Assembly (NCBI RefSeq): GCF_001194135.2
Contig: NC_068985.1
Coordinates: forward strand, 1,044,151-1,108,150
From: Octopus bimaculoides
Lineage: Eukaryota
Reading direction: 5' to 3'
DNA: 64,000 nt
Below, one piece after another: positions 63,791 to 64,000 of the stretch; the stretch's first letter is position 1, and each line of letters begins with the position of its first letter. Below the pieces are notes generated by a model. That model worked only from the letters and a program-made list of their open reading frames with translations, had not been told where the DNA came from and ran no database searches. Both the position numbers and the translations under genes were made by a program.

Positions 63791-64000
63791 AAAGATATCC
63801 CCAAATACTTTTCACAACCTTTATCAGACTGACTTTTCTTTAATGACATGTTAATCCCTGAAAACTTTTGGTTCTTGAAATTATTTCCCCTTCTCATTCG
63901 AAGTTGGCTGCATTTGCCACCAGGCATTTGTTTATCTGCCCTCAAAGCAAAGATTTCACCAATATGTTGTCAACCTGAAGATAAAGCAGAAGCTGCTTGC

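Noticed and set aside
63220-63945. Minus-strand protein-like stretches (GSTFGFDDYFDAESE..., MPGGKCSQLR...)
   Set aside because: Stops interrupt all frames after the acceptors and no phase-consistent chain or homology was found.

Overview
AT-rich, microsatellite-dense eukaryotic DNA from a short-read assembly, with N gaps that mostly abut simple repeats. The SINE/LINE repertoire points to an octopus (coleoid cephalopod) genome; this is inferred from recalled repeat families, not from a database search. No host protein-coding gene can be identified with confidence. There are only weak candidate exons on both strands. Most of the window is mobile-element debris: RTE LINE pieces (one long 3' portion with RT motif and GAT tail plus many tail-only copies), three tRNA-headed SINE families (two copies with perfect 15-17 bp TSDs), a near full-length Tc1/mariner with TIRs, decayed hAT (SPIN/OC1-like, Buster-like, MITE), Chapaev3-like, HERO/R2-like and probable Penelope remnants, and two long minisatellites. 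The most notable structure is five minimal type I hammerhead-ribozyme motifs at three loci. One, at 52342-52390, looks intact. The other four form two inverted pairs, and one pair brackets a tRNA-like Pol III head inside a ~475 bp palindrome (27618-28093).
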